Source: Candidatus Latescibacterota bacterium
Lineage (GTDB): Bacteria; Latescibacterota; UBA2968; UBA8231
Direction: 5' to 3'
DNA: 64,000 nucleotides
NCBI GenBank assembly: GCA_965242865.1
Contig: CBDETK010000013.1
Coordinates: forward strand, 3,328,001 to 3,392,000
Below the pieces are notes generated by a model that saw only the letters and a program-made list of their open reading frames with translations, was not told the DNA's origin and searched no databases. This document shows, one piece after another, positions 28,095 through 38,478 of the stretch. The position numbers were made by a program, and so were the translations under genes. The first letter of the stretch is position 1. Each line of letters begins with the position of its first letter.

Positions 28095-28910
28095 CTAAAG
28101 GGTACAGCCGTGCGCCTGCTGCCAAGCCGCGTAAAACTCCGCCATGGAGCGGTAGCGCGCGGCGCGTTGCGTACGACAGGCGCGGCGCACCACCTCCCCG
28201 ATCGCACCGCCGATGTCGTGGCCGAGGAAGGCGATTGCGGCGCGGCCCATGGCAAAGACGGTGGTGCGCTCGTCGATTTGTGCGCCGCGCTCAAATTCCT
28301 CTGGACTCATAAAGCGCGTCGAGCCAAACATCCGCCCCATCCGGTTGGTGAACGCCCCCAAGCGATACATGTCGAGATCGACGATGTGCGCGACGTGGCG
28401 CTCAAAATCGTACATCAGGCAGCCATCGTAGAAATCCACGGCAATCCACCCGCGCCGAGCGAGTTGGACATGCAAATCGTAGATCGCGTCGAGCACCGCG
28501 AGAATGGCGGCGCTGGGCAGGCGGCGAAACCGCTGATGGGCCGATTGGGGGTCGTCGCGTCCGCCGTATAGGCACTCGCCAGCGACCCAGTCGTACACGA
28601 GCGCCGGGCCGTGCGCGGTTTCGACGATGCCATGCAGGGCTGGTAAGGTGGGATGGTCGCAGCTTTGCCGGAGCCGCGCCGCGTTGTACAGGAGGGCCAC
28701 GCGGGTCAGGTGGTCGCTAAAGCTCTCGGCCTCGGGATCGGTGGTTTTGACGAAGAACCGCTCGGCGCCAACCTGCACGCCATAAGAGACATTGCCGGAG
28801 TCTTGGGTGAGTGGGCCAAAAACGGCGAAGATGGTGCCGATTGCCGCGAGATACGGCCCGGGCGGCCCGTCAATGCGCTCGAGGTCGCGCAGGGGGTGGG
28901 CGGTGCTCAT
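28095..28910 (-). CDS. Ser/Thr protein kinase-like protein
   Basis: FFVK, AVDFYDGCLM, VDLD, FMSPEE. Confidence 0.75.
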   Translation of the reverse strand: MSTAHPLRDLERIDGPPGPYLAAIGTIFAVFGPLTQDSGNVSYGVQVGAERFFVKTTDPEAESFSDHLTRVALLYNAARLRQSCDHPTLPALHGIVETAHGPALVYDWVAGECLYGGRDDPQSAHQRFRRLPSAAILAVLDAIYDLHVQLARRGWIAVDFYDGCLMYDFERHVAHIVDLDMYRLGAFTNRMGRMFGSTRFMSPEEFERGAQIDERTTVFAMGRAAIAFLGHDIGGAIGEVVRRACRTQRAARYRSMAEFYAAWQQAHGCTL

Positions 28911-28913
28911 GCT

Positions 28914-30524
28914 TTAGCTGTCGAGCAGCCGGAGCGCGAGGCGTTTGGCTTCGTCCAAACTTTCGACGAAGCGGTCTGCGGGGACGTCGTCTAGGATGCC
29001 GAGGGCGCGTAGGGTGTGGGCCACCGAACCGGACAAGCCCATGATCACGCATTCCGTGTTTTCGTCCGCGGCCGTTTCGAGCAGGCGTTCGACGACCATG
29101 GCGGTGCTGTCGTCTATGTGCTTGGTGGCCGAGAAGTCGAAGATCACGGCCTCGTGCTCTCGGATGTCCTCGCCGATGACGCGCACCAACTCGGTTGAAG
29201 AGGCAACAGAAAATCGGCCCCGCAGGGCAACTAGGCCGACGCGCGCCGAGTAGGGGTCGGACGCCTGCGCGGGGATGAGCGTCTGATCGAGGAACGGCAC
29301 CGAGACCACGCTGTCCAGTTCGAGGGACTTTGACCGTTGCGAGCTGGCCATGCCAGCGGCGATCAGCCCAATCGCCACGGCCGTGACGATATCCACGAAT
29401 ACGGTGAGCCCAAGCGTCAGAAACATTACGACCAGATGATCGCGCGGGATTTGGCGGACACGCTTGAGGAAGCGCCAGTCGATGATGTCCCAACCGACCT
29501 TCATCAGGATGCCGGCGAGCACGGCATGGGGAATCTGCTCGGTGAGCCCGCTCAACCCCAACCCCAGCCCCAGCAGGAGAAGCGAGCACAACGTGCCAGA
29601 CACCCGCGTTCGCCCGCCCGCCCGCACATTCACCACCGTACAAGTCGTCGTCCCCGACCCGGGCAGCCCGCCCAAGAGACCTGCCATGATGTTGCCGGCC
29701 CCTTGCCCGACCAGTTCGCGGTTGGGCTTGTGGCTCGTCCGCGTGATCGAATCGGCCACCAGCGAGGTCAGCAGGCTGTCGATGGAGCCGATCAGCGCGA
29801 TAATGAAGGCCGGTTCGAGGACGCCGAGCAGGAAAGAGGGGGACAGCACCGGCCAGTTCAGGCTCGGCAGGCCCGCCGGCATCGGGCCGAGCACGGGGAC
29901 ATCGTCCAACCACGCTAGACTGATGAGCGTACCCGCCGCTAGGGCCGCCAGCGTCGGCGGGCACAGTTTGCCTAGCCGGTGGGGCCAGTAAAAGGCCACG
30001 GCTAGGGTCAGCAGGACGCAGAGGATCGCGTCTGCGTTGACCGTTGCGGCAGGCCAAGCGAGGATCGCCTCTACCAAGCCTCCCGGCGGGGTTTTGGTCC
30101 CGCAAATGGCCAGCACTTGCAGCAGGATTATGATAACGCCAATACCCGACCTGAACCCGGAGACTACCGAGTACGGGGTGTACTCCACAAAGCTGCCGAT
30201 TCGCAGGACGCCCAGCGCGATTTGCAAGAGGCCGCCGAGCATGACGATGGTGAGAGCTTGGGCGAGGCTGTCTGCGTACCCGGCCACGATGACGACCATG
30301 GCCACGGTCATCGGGCCGGTGGGGCCGGATATTTGCGCTGGGGTCCCGCCGAATATCGTCGCGAAGAAGCAAACCGCGATCGCACTATAAAGACCCGCTA
30401 GCGGCCCCATGCCGGACGCCACGCCAAAGGCCAATGCTTTCGGCAACAGCACGACCGCGGCCGTGAGGCCGCCGAAAGCATCGTTGCGGAAGGTGCGGAG
30501 ACCGTAGGGGGTGCGCTCGCTCAA
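28914..30524 (-). CDS. SulP-family anion transporter with STAS domain
   Basis: DAFGGLTAAVVLLPKALAFG, QISGPTGPM, C-terminal IFDFS; TTG start inferred from overlap with the upstream stop. Confidence 0.9.
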   Translation of the reverse strand: MSERTPYGLRTFRNDAFGGLTAAVVLLPKALAFGVASGMGPLAGLYSAIAVCFFATIFGGTPAQISGPTGPMTVAMVVIVAGYADSLAQALTIVMLGGLLQIALGVLRIGSFVEYTPYSVVSGFRSGIGVIIILLQVLAICGTKTPPGGLVEAILAWPAATVNADAILCVLLTLAVAFYWPHRLGKLCPPTLAALAAGTLISLAWLDDVPVLGPMPAGLPSLNWPVLSPSFLLGVLEPAFIIALIGSIDSLLTSLVADSITRTSHKPNRELVGQGAGNIMAGLLGGLPGSGTTTCTVVNVRAGGRTRVSGTLCSLLLLGLGLGLSGLTEQIPHAVLAGILMKVGWDIIDWRFLKRVRQIPRDHLVVMFLTLGLTVFVDIVTAVAIGLIAAGMASSQRSKSLELDSVVSVPFLDQTLIPAQASDPYSARVGLVALRGRFSVASSTELVRVIGEDIREHEAVIFDFSATKHIDDSTAMVVERLLETAADENTECVIMGLSGSVAHTLRALGILDDVPADRFVESLDEAKRLALRLLDS

Positions 30525-31507
30525 TTCTCGTCCATCACCGCTTGGATCATGGCTTGGATATAGCCGAACTCGTAGGCAAACGCTTGGCGCATGCTGTGGG
30601 GGTCTTTGTGCCCGGGCGCGTGGTCCGGGACGCACATGTGCTGATAGCCCACTTCCTTGAGGGCCTGCATGTTGCGGTGCATGTTCATCACCCCCTCGTC
30701 GGGCCAGACCTCTTGGAACTTGTTGCGCTTGCCGACGATGTTGCGAAAATGGCAGAGGAAAATTTTGTCGCGCTTGCCTAAGTAGCGGATGATTTCGGGC
30801 ACCTCGTTGAGCGGGTCTTCGACGCTTTCGGCCATGCAGCCCAAGCAAAGATTGACGCCGTGGTAGGGGCTGGGGCAGATCTCGATAAACTGCTTGAAGC
30901 CGTCAAAGCCACCCATCACGCGATCGACGCCCTTAAAGCCGGGCGGCAGCCAAGGGTCGCAGGGATGGCAGGCCATGCGAACCTTGCACTCGGTGGCCAC
31001 CGGGATGACCCGTTCTAGGAAGTACGTGATGCGCCGCCAGTTTTCCTCGGCGGTGACAGGTTCGTCGTAGCGAGGCGTATCCGCGTCGGCCTTTTCGAGG
31101 TCCCAAGTGCTGAAGATGGACCCGCCGCGCCCGGGGGGCGTGCTTGCGGTGCGCTGGTTTTCGAGGGCGCAGAGGTAGTATTTGACGGCTGGGATGCCGG
31201 CTTCGGCCGCCTGCCGCACCATGTTGATGACCAGCTCAATCTCCTTATCGCCCTCTTCGTAGTTGCCCATCATAAAGTTGGGGACGCCTTCGCCGCTGAC
31301 GTTGAACTGGGCCATGGGCAGGGCGACCATCTCCAAGTTGATGCCGAAGCGAGCGCACTTCTCCTTCTTGGCGACTAACTCTTCGACATCCCAACCGTAT
31401 TCCCGGTGGAACGCGATGAAGTTTTCGTTCTTGTTGAAGACTCCGTGCCGCGCCAGATATTCGAGGTCTTCGTCCGATGTGTTAAACTGCTGAGTGCCGA
31501 CGTGCAT
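30521..31507 (-). CDS. Mannonate dehydratase (UxuA) family protein
   Basis: YFLERVIPVA, HPCDP, HFRN, PDHAP. Confidence 0.85.
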   Translation of the reverse strand: MHVGTQQFNTSDEDLEYLARHGVFNKNENFIAFHREYGWDVEELVAKKEKCARFGINLEMVALPMAQFNVSGEGVPNFMMGNYEEGDKEIELVINMVRQAAEAGIPAVKYYLCALENQRTASTPPGRGGSIFSTWDLEKADADTPRYDEPVTAEENWRRITYFLERVIPVATECKVRMACHPCDPWLPPGFKGVDRVMGGFDGFKQFIEICPSPYHGVNLCLGCMAESVEDPLNEVPEIIRYLGKRDKIFLCHFRNIVGKRNKFQEVWPDEGVMNMHRNMQALKEVGYQHMCVPDHAPGHKDPHSMRQAFAYEFGYIQAMIQAVMDEN

Positions 31508-31851
31508 GAGAAGCTCCTTGGTGAGGGGGAAGCAAAAAGCGCAAATCTTATTTTATCCAATTGGACTCCTTTTTGCAATCTCACCACAGAGGAGGCACGG
31601 CATGGCCCAACCATTGGGCGCGGCCTACAAACAGACCGCGGGGCAGTGGTTGGCGGAGGGCGAGCGATGCCGGAGGGGTTGCGGAAGGCGGTGGGGTTAG
31701 ATGCGGAAGGTATGACTTGACACATCGTAGGAGCTGAGTACATTCTTCACGTAGCACGAGTTGGCACAGCCAAAAACACTCAGATATAGAAGATACATGG
31801 ATGAGCAGCTATACTATCTACGCATTACGGACCTCGACGAGATGAGGAAAA

Positions 31852-32628
31852 ATGGTTAGCATCCGAGTGGAAGATGAACTGCCGAATGCAGTAGTTGACT
31901 TCCTTAAACATTGCTATCGGTTTGTTAACGAGGAGTGGCAGCACACAGATCGCGACAACCTGCCTGATCAGGGATTTGAACGTAATTTCCGGGCCGGTTG
32001 TATTACTAGTTTGAGTAGTTGGGAGATTTCTCAGGAGCGAGAAATGCGCCTCGGTTCTGAGATGTCTACTGCATCCGGTGTTCTGCACGAAATCGACATC
32101 GTGGCCAAGCACCCAGATGTCACTGCTATAATGGAGTTGAAGAACCGGCAGGGGCCTCCAGAGAAAAACGACGTAATAGTCTTCTTTGCCAAGATACTAG
32201 ACTATCTCGCCCTCAATCCGGATTTGTTATTGAAGGAGTTGTGCCCTGTATTCATGTCTACCGCGGCGTTCGACCCCAACGGCTTGGCTGCGTGTCTTGG
32301 GCTTGGCATCCACCCGGTAAGCCCTAGTTTGAGACCTGTTCCCATACTCGTTGATAATGCAAAGAGGATTAACGTGGAACTGCGTCGGGGTCTCCAAGTT
32401 TCAGAAGAATTCCATGACCGGTTTCAAGATTTTTGTGCCGAGCTTAACAATGTATGGCTGAAGTTAATGGATAATTGGATCAGCAGTAGGTTCGGCTATC
32501 GTTCTGAAAATACTATTGTGTTAAAGGCGGGTGCTGAATCTGAACCTCAGGTAATCAGCCATTCGCTTCGGCAGCTTAACGTGGACTGTAATTGGCTTTT
32601 AGCCAGTGCCCGGGAGGCGATGCAGTGA
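31852..32628 (+). CDS. Putative Mrr-like PD-(D/E)xK nuclease
   Basis: QGFE helix, SGVLHEIDIV, IMELKN, FMSTAAFD; AT-rich relative to flanks; GAGGA RBS. Confidence 0.7.
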   Translation: MVSIRVEDELPNAVVDFLKHCYRFVNEEWQHTDRDNLPDQGFERNFRAGCITSLSSWEISQEREMRLGSEMSTASGVLHEIDIVAKHPDVTAIMELKNRQGPPEKNDVIVFFAKILDYLALNPDLLLKELCPVFMSTAAFDPNGLAACLGLGIHPVSPSLRPVPILVDNAKRINVELRRGLQVSEEFHDRFQDFCAELNNVWLKLMDNWISSRFGYRSENTIVLKAGAESEPQVISHSLRQLNVDCNWLLASAREAMQ

Positions 32629-33716
32629 ATATAACTAGCTACAACGTAACCGATGTTGGCTATCACTATATCGGACTGCGCGTATTGGCAGGTTTGCCTT
32701 CTAGTGCTCGCCGAGAGGAGCAGACAGACACAATTGCTAAGAGCGTCCGCAAATATGTCAGTGACAAAGCTTTGCGGCTAATGTTACCGGAGCCGAGGGG
32801 TACATTCGAGACCGTGGGTGAAAAAATTTGTCCTGAATTGGTACATCTCCAATTTGCCAAGTCCGTCAAGAGGAGGGCGTATGAACTGACGGATAAGGGC
32901 AGGGCAGTTTTATCCCTTCTTGATAATCGTCAATTCCAAAAACTGCGGCGCGTTATGGCTACGGAGCATTTGCGGACTTATGATAATCTCCGATTGGTAG
33001 TCAAGAAGCACTTAGAATTGGAGGCTATTTGGCGTCCAGTAGTAAGTGCTGACAGATTTGATAACAGTGATTACATCACTGGTTTACTTGTTCCTACATT
33101 CGGTGAAGAAGCAGCTAAGCAGGCCGACCAAGTATTATCGACACTGAATGGTAGTAATCCTAAGAAAATGGAGGATGCCTTACGTCATCGCATTCTGCTA
33201 AAGGCGGTTCCCGAAATGCGTATAGGCGTTCCCATATTCAGAGCGATTTGTGATCGATTGGTAAGTCTCCGATTATTAAACCAAATGAAGCATAACCAGA
33301 AAGGTTATGAGTTCTTAAAGACGTATACTCCTTGTATGGCGAATTTTCCTCCGAATGATTGGCATGTCCCACTAGATGTTCGTCTTAACTCGGACGAATC
33401 TTTCAACATATATTTTTGCGAACCGGACATAGCTGATTCTAAAGTACTCGACAAACTCCTTAAGGCCATTTACGAGGTGTTCGACAGCTTGACTCCGATC
33501 GCCGGATACTATGACTTACCTGAGGTCCGGGATAGGGTCAGCGAATATTTGAAGATACCAGAAGCGGCGTTCGACGAGGGCCTCAACCATATCCTTGACT
33601 TGGACCCTCGCCCCTTAACGGTCGGCCTACAATACGAGGGTATCACCGGTCGGCGAAAGCCATTGGTGCGTGACCGGGGTTCTACCCAAATCTATAACCT
33701 TATCAGGAAGGCATAA
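32625..33716 (+). CDS. Hypothetical protein, probably with multiple winged-helix domains
   Basis: YELTDKGRAVL wing motif, further wHTH-like segments (CDRLVSLRLL; LPEVRDRVSEYLKI); GTGA overlap and GGAGG RBS. Confidence 0.6.
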   Translation: MNITSYNVTDVGYHYIGLRVLAGLPSSARREEQTDTIAKSVRKYVSDKALRLMLPEPRGTFETVGEKICPELVHLQFAKSVKRRAYELTDKGRAVLSLLDNRQFQKLRRVMATEHLRTYDNLRLVVKKHLELEAIWRPVVSADRFDNSDYITGLLVPTFGEEAAKQADQVLSTLNGSNPKKMEDALRHRILLKAVPEMRIGVPIFRAICDRLVSLRLLNQMKHNQKGYEFLKTYTPCMANFPPNDWHVPLDVRLNSDESFNIYFCEPDIADSKVLDKLLKAIYEVFDSLTPIAGYYDLPEVRDRVSEYLKIPEAAFDEGLNHILDLDPRPLTVGLQYEGITGRRKPLVRDRGSTQIYNLIRKA

Positions 33717-35077
33717 TGATGCTAAGAGTACCTAAGAAGGGCCTACAACAAACGACTTCTCCCTATAAAAAACTTGGTCTGAAAGACTTGCCATTTCCTA
33801 ACGACCCTGTCTCTGATCCATATAATACTGACCCTCGGCGCAATGGTACCATTTATGCTGAGGGACCGATGCGTCCAAGCATCGAAAAATTTGAGCAGCT
33901 TTTGATTCGTCCCAACGATTTCCAAAATAGAGTTCGGCTTGCCTATCTTTGGTCCAAGGGAGACACTGAGTCGAGCCGAGGCATGGGCAAGACAGCGTTG
34001 CTCCGTTACTTTCGGCAGCGTATCAACCAAGACTGGGGGTGGACGGAATTCGATGGGCAATTCTCTGCGCTGGTGGTTTACGTATCTTTTCCTAACCAAG
34101 TAGACCGGCGCTTTATGGAGCAGTTGGCTTTGTCGGCATTGGTTGATGTGTGTGAAAGCGGCGTACTGAGAGCATCGCAGGCCGCTCTACGAATGCAGCA
34201 TCTGACAGACCAAGAAGTTCAACAGGTTGAGACAAAACCAGACGGAACCCGAGATCCCGCTAATCTGTTGGCTGACGACATATTGCACGCCAACGGGATA
34301 GACGCTGTGTAACTGAACCTAAAGGTTACGAACCAGCTAACTACAGAAGGAATACGACCCGAATCAGCATCAGCTCTTGCCACAGGCGGGTTTGAAGACT
34401 ATCTGAAGTCCTTTAGAAAGGACAACAGTCTCAAACCGTTCTATGTTCCCCGTGACACAAAGCTATTGGATCTCTCACGCGATTTTCTTTTCAATGACAT
34501 AGTCCTCTACTTGAAATCCGCTGGTTTCGCCGGAGGATATCTCTTTATTGATGACATAGAGAACCTTGTCGACCAAATGGCGCGTAGACATCGCGTGGAG
34601 TTTGCAAAGGAATTCGCCCTATGCACTGTTCGCCCAGGATATGCAAACACAGCACACAACTTTTTTTCTTGCGTACTGACTACCCACCAACAGGCCTCGG
34701 TAGGCTTGTCTACAGCTTGGGGGGAAGCGGGGTTGGCAGGAGTTGCCCGATTGGATCCTAGCGATCCCAATTCAGTAGAACTTCCGCTTCCGAGTACGGA
34801 CCAAGCCAGAGAGATCATAGTTGCCCACCTTGACTACTATCGGGACAATCCCGGAGACCGTGGCACCATTAAGCCCTTCACTGAAGACGGGATGGCGGCC
34901 CTGTTGAAGAATAGACAACATCCTCGCATCCTGTTGAGACCAGCGGCTTCGGTGGTCAGTCGTGCTGCCCAAGAAGGGGTAACTTCAATAGATGCGGCGT
35001 ATGTGGATGCGGTAAGCGAGGGTGCAACGGTTCAATCCACGTCCGACTGCACTGAAGGTATTGAAGGCGCAGTGTAG
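33716..35077 (+). pseudogene. AAA+ P-loop ATPase (ExeA/Cdc6-like) with one in-frame TAA at 34310-34312
   Basis: YKKLGLKDLPF start, RGMGKT Walker A, YLFIDDIE Walker B, PFTEDG...HPR lid; both halves are in one frame and the sequence between them is open. Confidence 0.78.
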
Positions 35078-35235
35078 AGCCGCTGGGGTTAGCCCGCCAA
35101 TCATCGATCATATTTGAGTCACCGGAAGCACCTCTGCCACTTCCCTACGCTGATCCCATCCAAGCAATCAGGGTCGAGAAGGCGATTACCGTACCGACTG
35201 ATAGTGTCATTCCCGGTTCACCATTAGGACTCTGC

Positions 35236-35328
35236 GCTCGAGGTGGCCACCTCGTCGGCGGTAAAAAACGGGCGCAGGACGACGGAGCCAAAGGTCTGAA
35301 AGTGCTGGTATTGTTCGCTGCTGAGCAT
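35236..35328 (-). pseudogene. 5' remnant of a PhyH-family gene at the island edge
   Basis: MLSSEQYQHFQTFGSVVLRPFFTADEVAT, a typical PhyH start with an AGGAG RBS; similarity is lost on entering the AT-richer island. Confidence 0.6.
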
Positions 35329-35351
35329 GGGAACTCTCCTGTGGGGTGTGC

Positions 35352-35930
35352 CTATCCCGCGTTGAGGATCTGGCTGCGGCGGAAGCAGCCGAGTACGTGG
35401 TCGTTGACCAAGCCGGTGGCCTGCATGTGGGCGTAGATGACGGTTGAGCCGATGAATTTGAAGCCGCGGCGCTTGAGATCTTTGCTCAAGGCGTCGGATT
35501 CGCGGCTGGTGGCCGGCAAATCGGCGAGGGTGCGAAACTCGTTGACCAGGGGCCGGCCATCGACAAAGCGCCAGATATAGGCGGCGAAGCAGCCGAATTC
35601 GTCCTGCACGGCGAGGAAGTGCCGCGCGTTTTCTACGGCCGCGCTGATCTTGCGGCGATTGCGAATCAGCCCGGGGTCTTGGAGCATCTGTTCGATGTTG
35701 GCCGCGCTGAAGCGAGCGACCTTGGCCGGGTCAAATTCGGCGAAGGCTTGGCGGTAGTTGGCGCGCTTGCGCAGGACGGTGTACCAACTGAGGCCGGCTT
35801 GGGCGGACTCGAGGGTGAGAAACTCAAAGTGCTTGCGGTCATCGTGAACGGGGACGCCCCACTCGCGGTCGTGGTACGCGACGTAATCGGGCTTGTCGAG
35901 GTCGAGCCATGGGCAGCGTTGGAGAGCCAT
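35352..35930 (-). CDS. tag: DNA-3-methyladenine glycosylase I
   Basis: RCPW, YHDREWG, LESAQAGLSW, NDHVLGC. Confidence 0.95.
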   Translation of the reverse strand: MALQRCPWLDLDKPDYVAYHDREWGVPVHDDRKHFEFLTLESAQAGLSWYTVLRKRANYRQAFAEFDPAKVARFSAANIEQMLQDPGLIRNRRKISAAVENARHFLAVQDEFGCFAAYIWRFVDGRPLVNEFRTLADLPATSRESDALSKDLKRRGFKFIGSTVIYAHMQATGLVNDHVLGCFRRSQILNAG

Positions 35931-35931
35931 A

Positions 35932-38337
35932 TCAGCGAGCGGGAAAATCAAACGCGGCTTGGTGCTCCGGCCCGAGCTTCAACCGCGCGTCGAATTTGTG
36001 GCCCTTTTTGCTTTTGAAGCCCTTGATCAGGCCGGTTTTGCCCTTGGCGATCAAGGTGTGGATTTGCTTTGCGGTCAACTGCTTACCGGCCATTTCCTTC
36101 CACACCACAAAGTTGCATCCTTGGCGATAGCGATTGCAGCCAAAGCCGCGCTGGCCCTCGATGATTTGGCCCTGCCGACACTTGGGGCAGGTGAGGGCGG
36201 GGGCTGGCTCTCCTGACCGAGCGGAGCCATTTTGCGGCGGATCGTCAAACGCAAATACTACTTTGAACTCGTCGTCGAATTTGAGCCGCGCCGCAAACTT
36301 CTTGCCGGCTTTGGAGGTAAAGCCCTGCATCTTTTCGGTGCGGCCATTGGCTAGCAACAACTGGGCCTGCTTTTCGGTCAGCCGCTTGCGCGCCACCGTC
36401 TTCCAGATAGTCAAGTTGCAGCCGTCTCGGTAGCGGCTGCAGCCGTACGCCTTGGCGTTTTCTACTACTTGGCCCTCCTTGCACTTGGGACAAGGTCCCA
36501 ACACTTTGCCGCGGCCTCGCTTCTTGCCTCGGGCCTCGGCCGCTTGCTCAGGCGAGAGTGCCGGCCCCTGCTGGACTTTGGGGACCAGCGATTTCACTAA
36601 GCCGGCGATCTCGGCGTAGAATTTCGCGGCTGGACGCTGCCCCTCCTCCACTTCCTTGAGCTGCTGCTCCCATTCGGCCGTCAGCGCTGGACTACGCAGC
36701 GGTTCGGCCACCAAGCTCACCAGTGCTTTGCCCTTCTCGGTCGAAGTGATCGCCTTGCGGTCGCGGACGACGTAGCCGGTGCGAATCAGCTTCTCAATGG
36801 TCTCGGCCCGCGTGGCCGGCGTCCCCAGCCCGGATTCCTTCATGGCCGCGGCCAATTCGTCGTCCTCGATTTCGCGGCCGGCGTTTTTCATGGCCGCTAG
36901 GAGCGTGGCGTCCGTGTAGGGGCGCGGCGGCTGGGTTTCCTTCTCGACCACATCCATGCGCGTCACGCGAACTTGCTGACCTCGTTGCAACGGCGGGAGG
37001 GCCACTCGCTCCTCCTTTCCTTGGCCCGGGGGTCGGATGGCTACCACTGTCCAGCCGGCCTCTAAGACGACCGACCCTTTGGCCACAAAGTCGGCGCCGC
37101 CGATGTCGATGAGTACCGTGGTTTCCTCAACCACTTGGTCGGGCAGAAAGACCCCGACAAAGCGCGCCACGATTAGGTCGTACACCTTCTGTAAGTCCGG
37201 CGCCAGATTGGGGGCGGGCTGTTGCCCGGTGGGAATAATGGCGTGGTGGTCGGTGAGCTTGGTGCGATCGACATACGCCTTGCCGAGCCGATGCCCACCG
37301 CGCAGACGCGCCAGCGCGGCCTCGGCCTGCGGGTGCGCTAACTTTGCTAGGATGCCGGGCAGCTTAGGCACCATATCCTCGGAGATGTGGCGGCTCTCAG
37401 TGCGCGGGTACGTGATGAGCTTGTGGGTTTCGTACAGGGCTTGGGCGCGTTCGAGGGTTTGCGCCGCAGTAAAGCCAAAGCAGCGGTTGGCGTCGCGCTG
37501 GAGGTTGTTGAGGTCGTAGAGGGCGGGTGGCCGGTGTTTTTTGACTTTCTGCTCAATTTTGCGGACGGTGCCGACCTCGTGGGGGCTGAGTTGGCGATGC
37601 AGGCGCTCGGCTTCCTCTTTTTGGTCGATGCGCGTCTGCCCATCCTTGCAGTACTTGGCGGCAAAGCCCTCGGCTAGCTGCGCCACCAACTCGTAAAAGT
37701 ACGCCTTTACAAAGCGGGCAATCGCTGCATCGCGCTGGACCACCATGGACAAGGTCGGCGTCTGCACTCGGCCAATGGTGCAGAGCGCGTTGTTGTGGAC
37801 GGTATAGGCGCGGGTCAGGTTCATGCCCATCAGCCAATCGGCTTGGCTGCGCGCCCGGGCGGCCGCAGCCAGAGGATCGAAGGCCGCTCCCTCCTGCAAG
37901 GCGCGAAAGCCGCTCTGGATGGCCTCGTCGGTCAGGCTCGAAATCCACAGCCTGTCAACCGGCTTTTTGCAGCGGGCGTGCTCGTAGATCAGGCGAAAGA
38001 TGTGCTCGCCCTCGCGCCCGGCGTCCGTCGCGCAGATGACGCGCTCGGTCTGCGGGCTGTTGAGCAATTTTTTGACGATTTGGTATTGGTCGGCGGTCGA
38101 GCGCGTCGTCTTGAGCTTCCACTGCTCGGGGATCATCGGCAGTTGGGTAAAGGACCAGCGGCCATTCCAAGGCGGGCCGTAATCGTCTGGCTCGGCGAGT
38201 TGCACGAGGTGCCCTAGGGCCGAGGTGACGATGTAGCCGTTGCCTTCGACGTAGCCTGGGCCGCGTTTGTTGACGCCGAGGACCCGGGCAATGTCGCGTG
38301 CCACACTGGGCTTTTCGGTGAGGACGACGATGGCCAT
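35932..38337 (-). CDS. topB: DNA topoisomerase III
   Basis: EKPSVA, ATDAGREGE, GRVQTPT, ITYPRT, GLGTPATRA, C-terminal Cys repeats. Confidence 0.93.
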   Translation of the reverse strand: MAIVVLTEKPSVARDIARVLGVNKRGPGYVEGNGYIVTSALGHLVQLAEPDDYGPPWNGRWSFTQLPMIPEQWKLKTTRSTADQYQIVKKLLNSPQTERVICATDAGREGEHIFRLIYEHARCKKPVDRLWISSLTDEAIQSGFRALQEGAAFDPLAAAARARSQADWLMGMNLTRAYTVHNNALCTIGRVQTPTLSMVVQRDAAIARFVKAYFYELVAQLAEGFAAKYCKDGQTRIDQKEEAERLHRQLSPHEVGTVRKIEQKVKKHRPPALYDLNNLQRDANRCFGFTAAQTLERAQALYETHKLITYPRTESRHISEDMVPKLPGILAKLAHPQAEAALARLRGGHRLGKAYVDRTKLTDHHAIIPTGQQPAPNLAPDLQKVYDLIVARFVGVFLPDQVVEETTVLIDIGGADFVAKGSVVLEAGWTVVAIRPPGQGKEERVALPPLQRGQQVRVTRMDVVEKETQPPRPYTDATLLAAMKNAGREIEDDELAAAMKESGLGTPATRAETIEKLIRTGYVVRDRKAITSTEKGKALVSLVAEPLRSPALTAEWEQQLKEVEEGQRPAAKFYAEIAGLVKSLVPKVQQGPALSPEQAAEARGKKRGRGKVLGPCPKCKEGQVVENAKAYGCSRYRDGCNLTIWKTVARKRLTEKQAQLLLANGRTEKMQGFTSKAGKKFAARLKFDDEFKVVFAFDDPPQNGSARSGEPAPALTCPKCRQGQIIEGQRGFGCNRYRQGCNFVVWKEMAGKQLTAKQIHTLIAKGKTGLIKGFKSKKGHKFDARLKLGPEHQAAFDFPAR

Positions 38338-38478
38338 AGATGTATGCTACCAATCGACTAGCGCCGACGCAATGGCGACTCCTTTTAGCTATTCGCCAAC
38401 GGACCGTATCGCGCTATATTCAAGCGCAGATTGAATCCTTCAACTTCGACCCTTCCCTACCGCAAAAAGGCCCGCCTC

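Noticed and set aside
28870-30372. Long alternative-frame ORFs (also 8296-9342, 21159-22190, 54715-56016, 58131-59327)
   Set aside because: Shadow ORFs of high-GC genes with no motifs, overlapping well-supported CDSs
31510-31850. Small ORFs or an ncRNA left of the island
   Set aside because: No recognisable motif or structure; probably a promoter region plus remnant sequence
35932-38337. topB as a marker of a conjugative element
   Set aside because: Host-like composition, coupled to tag, and no relaxase or T4SS genes
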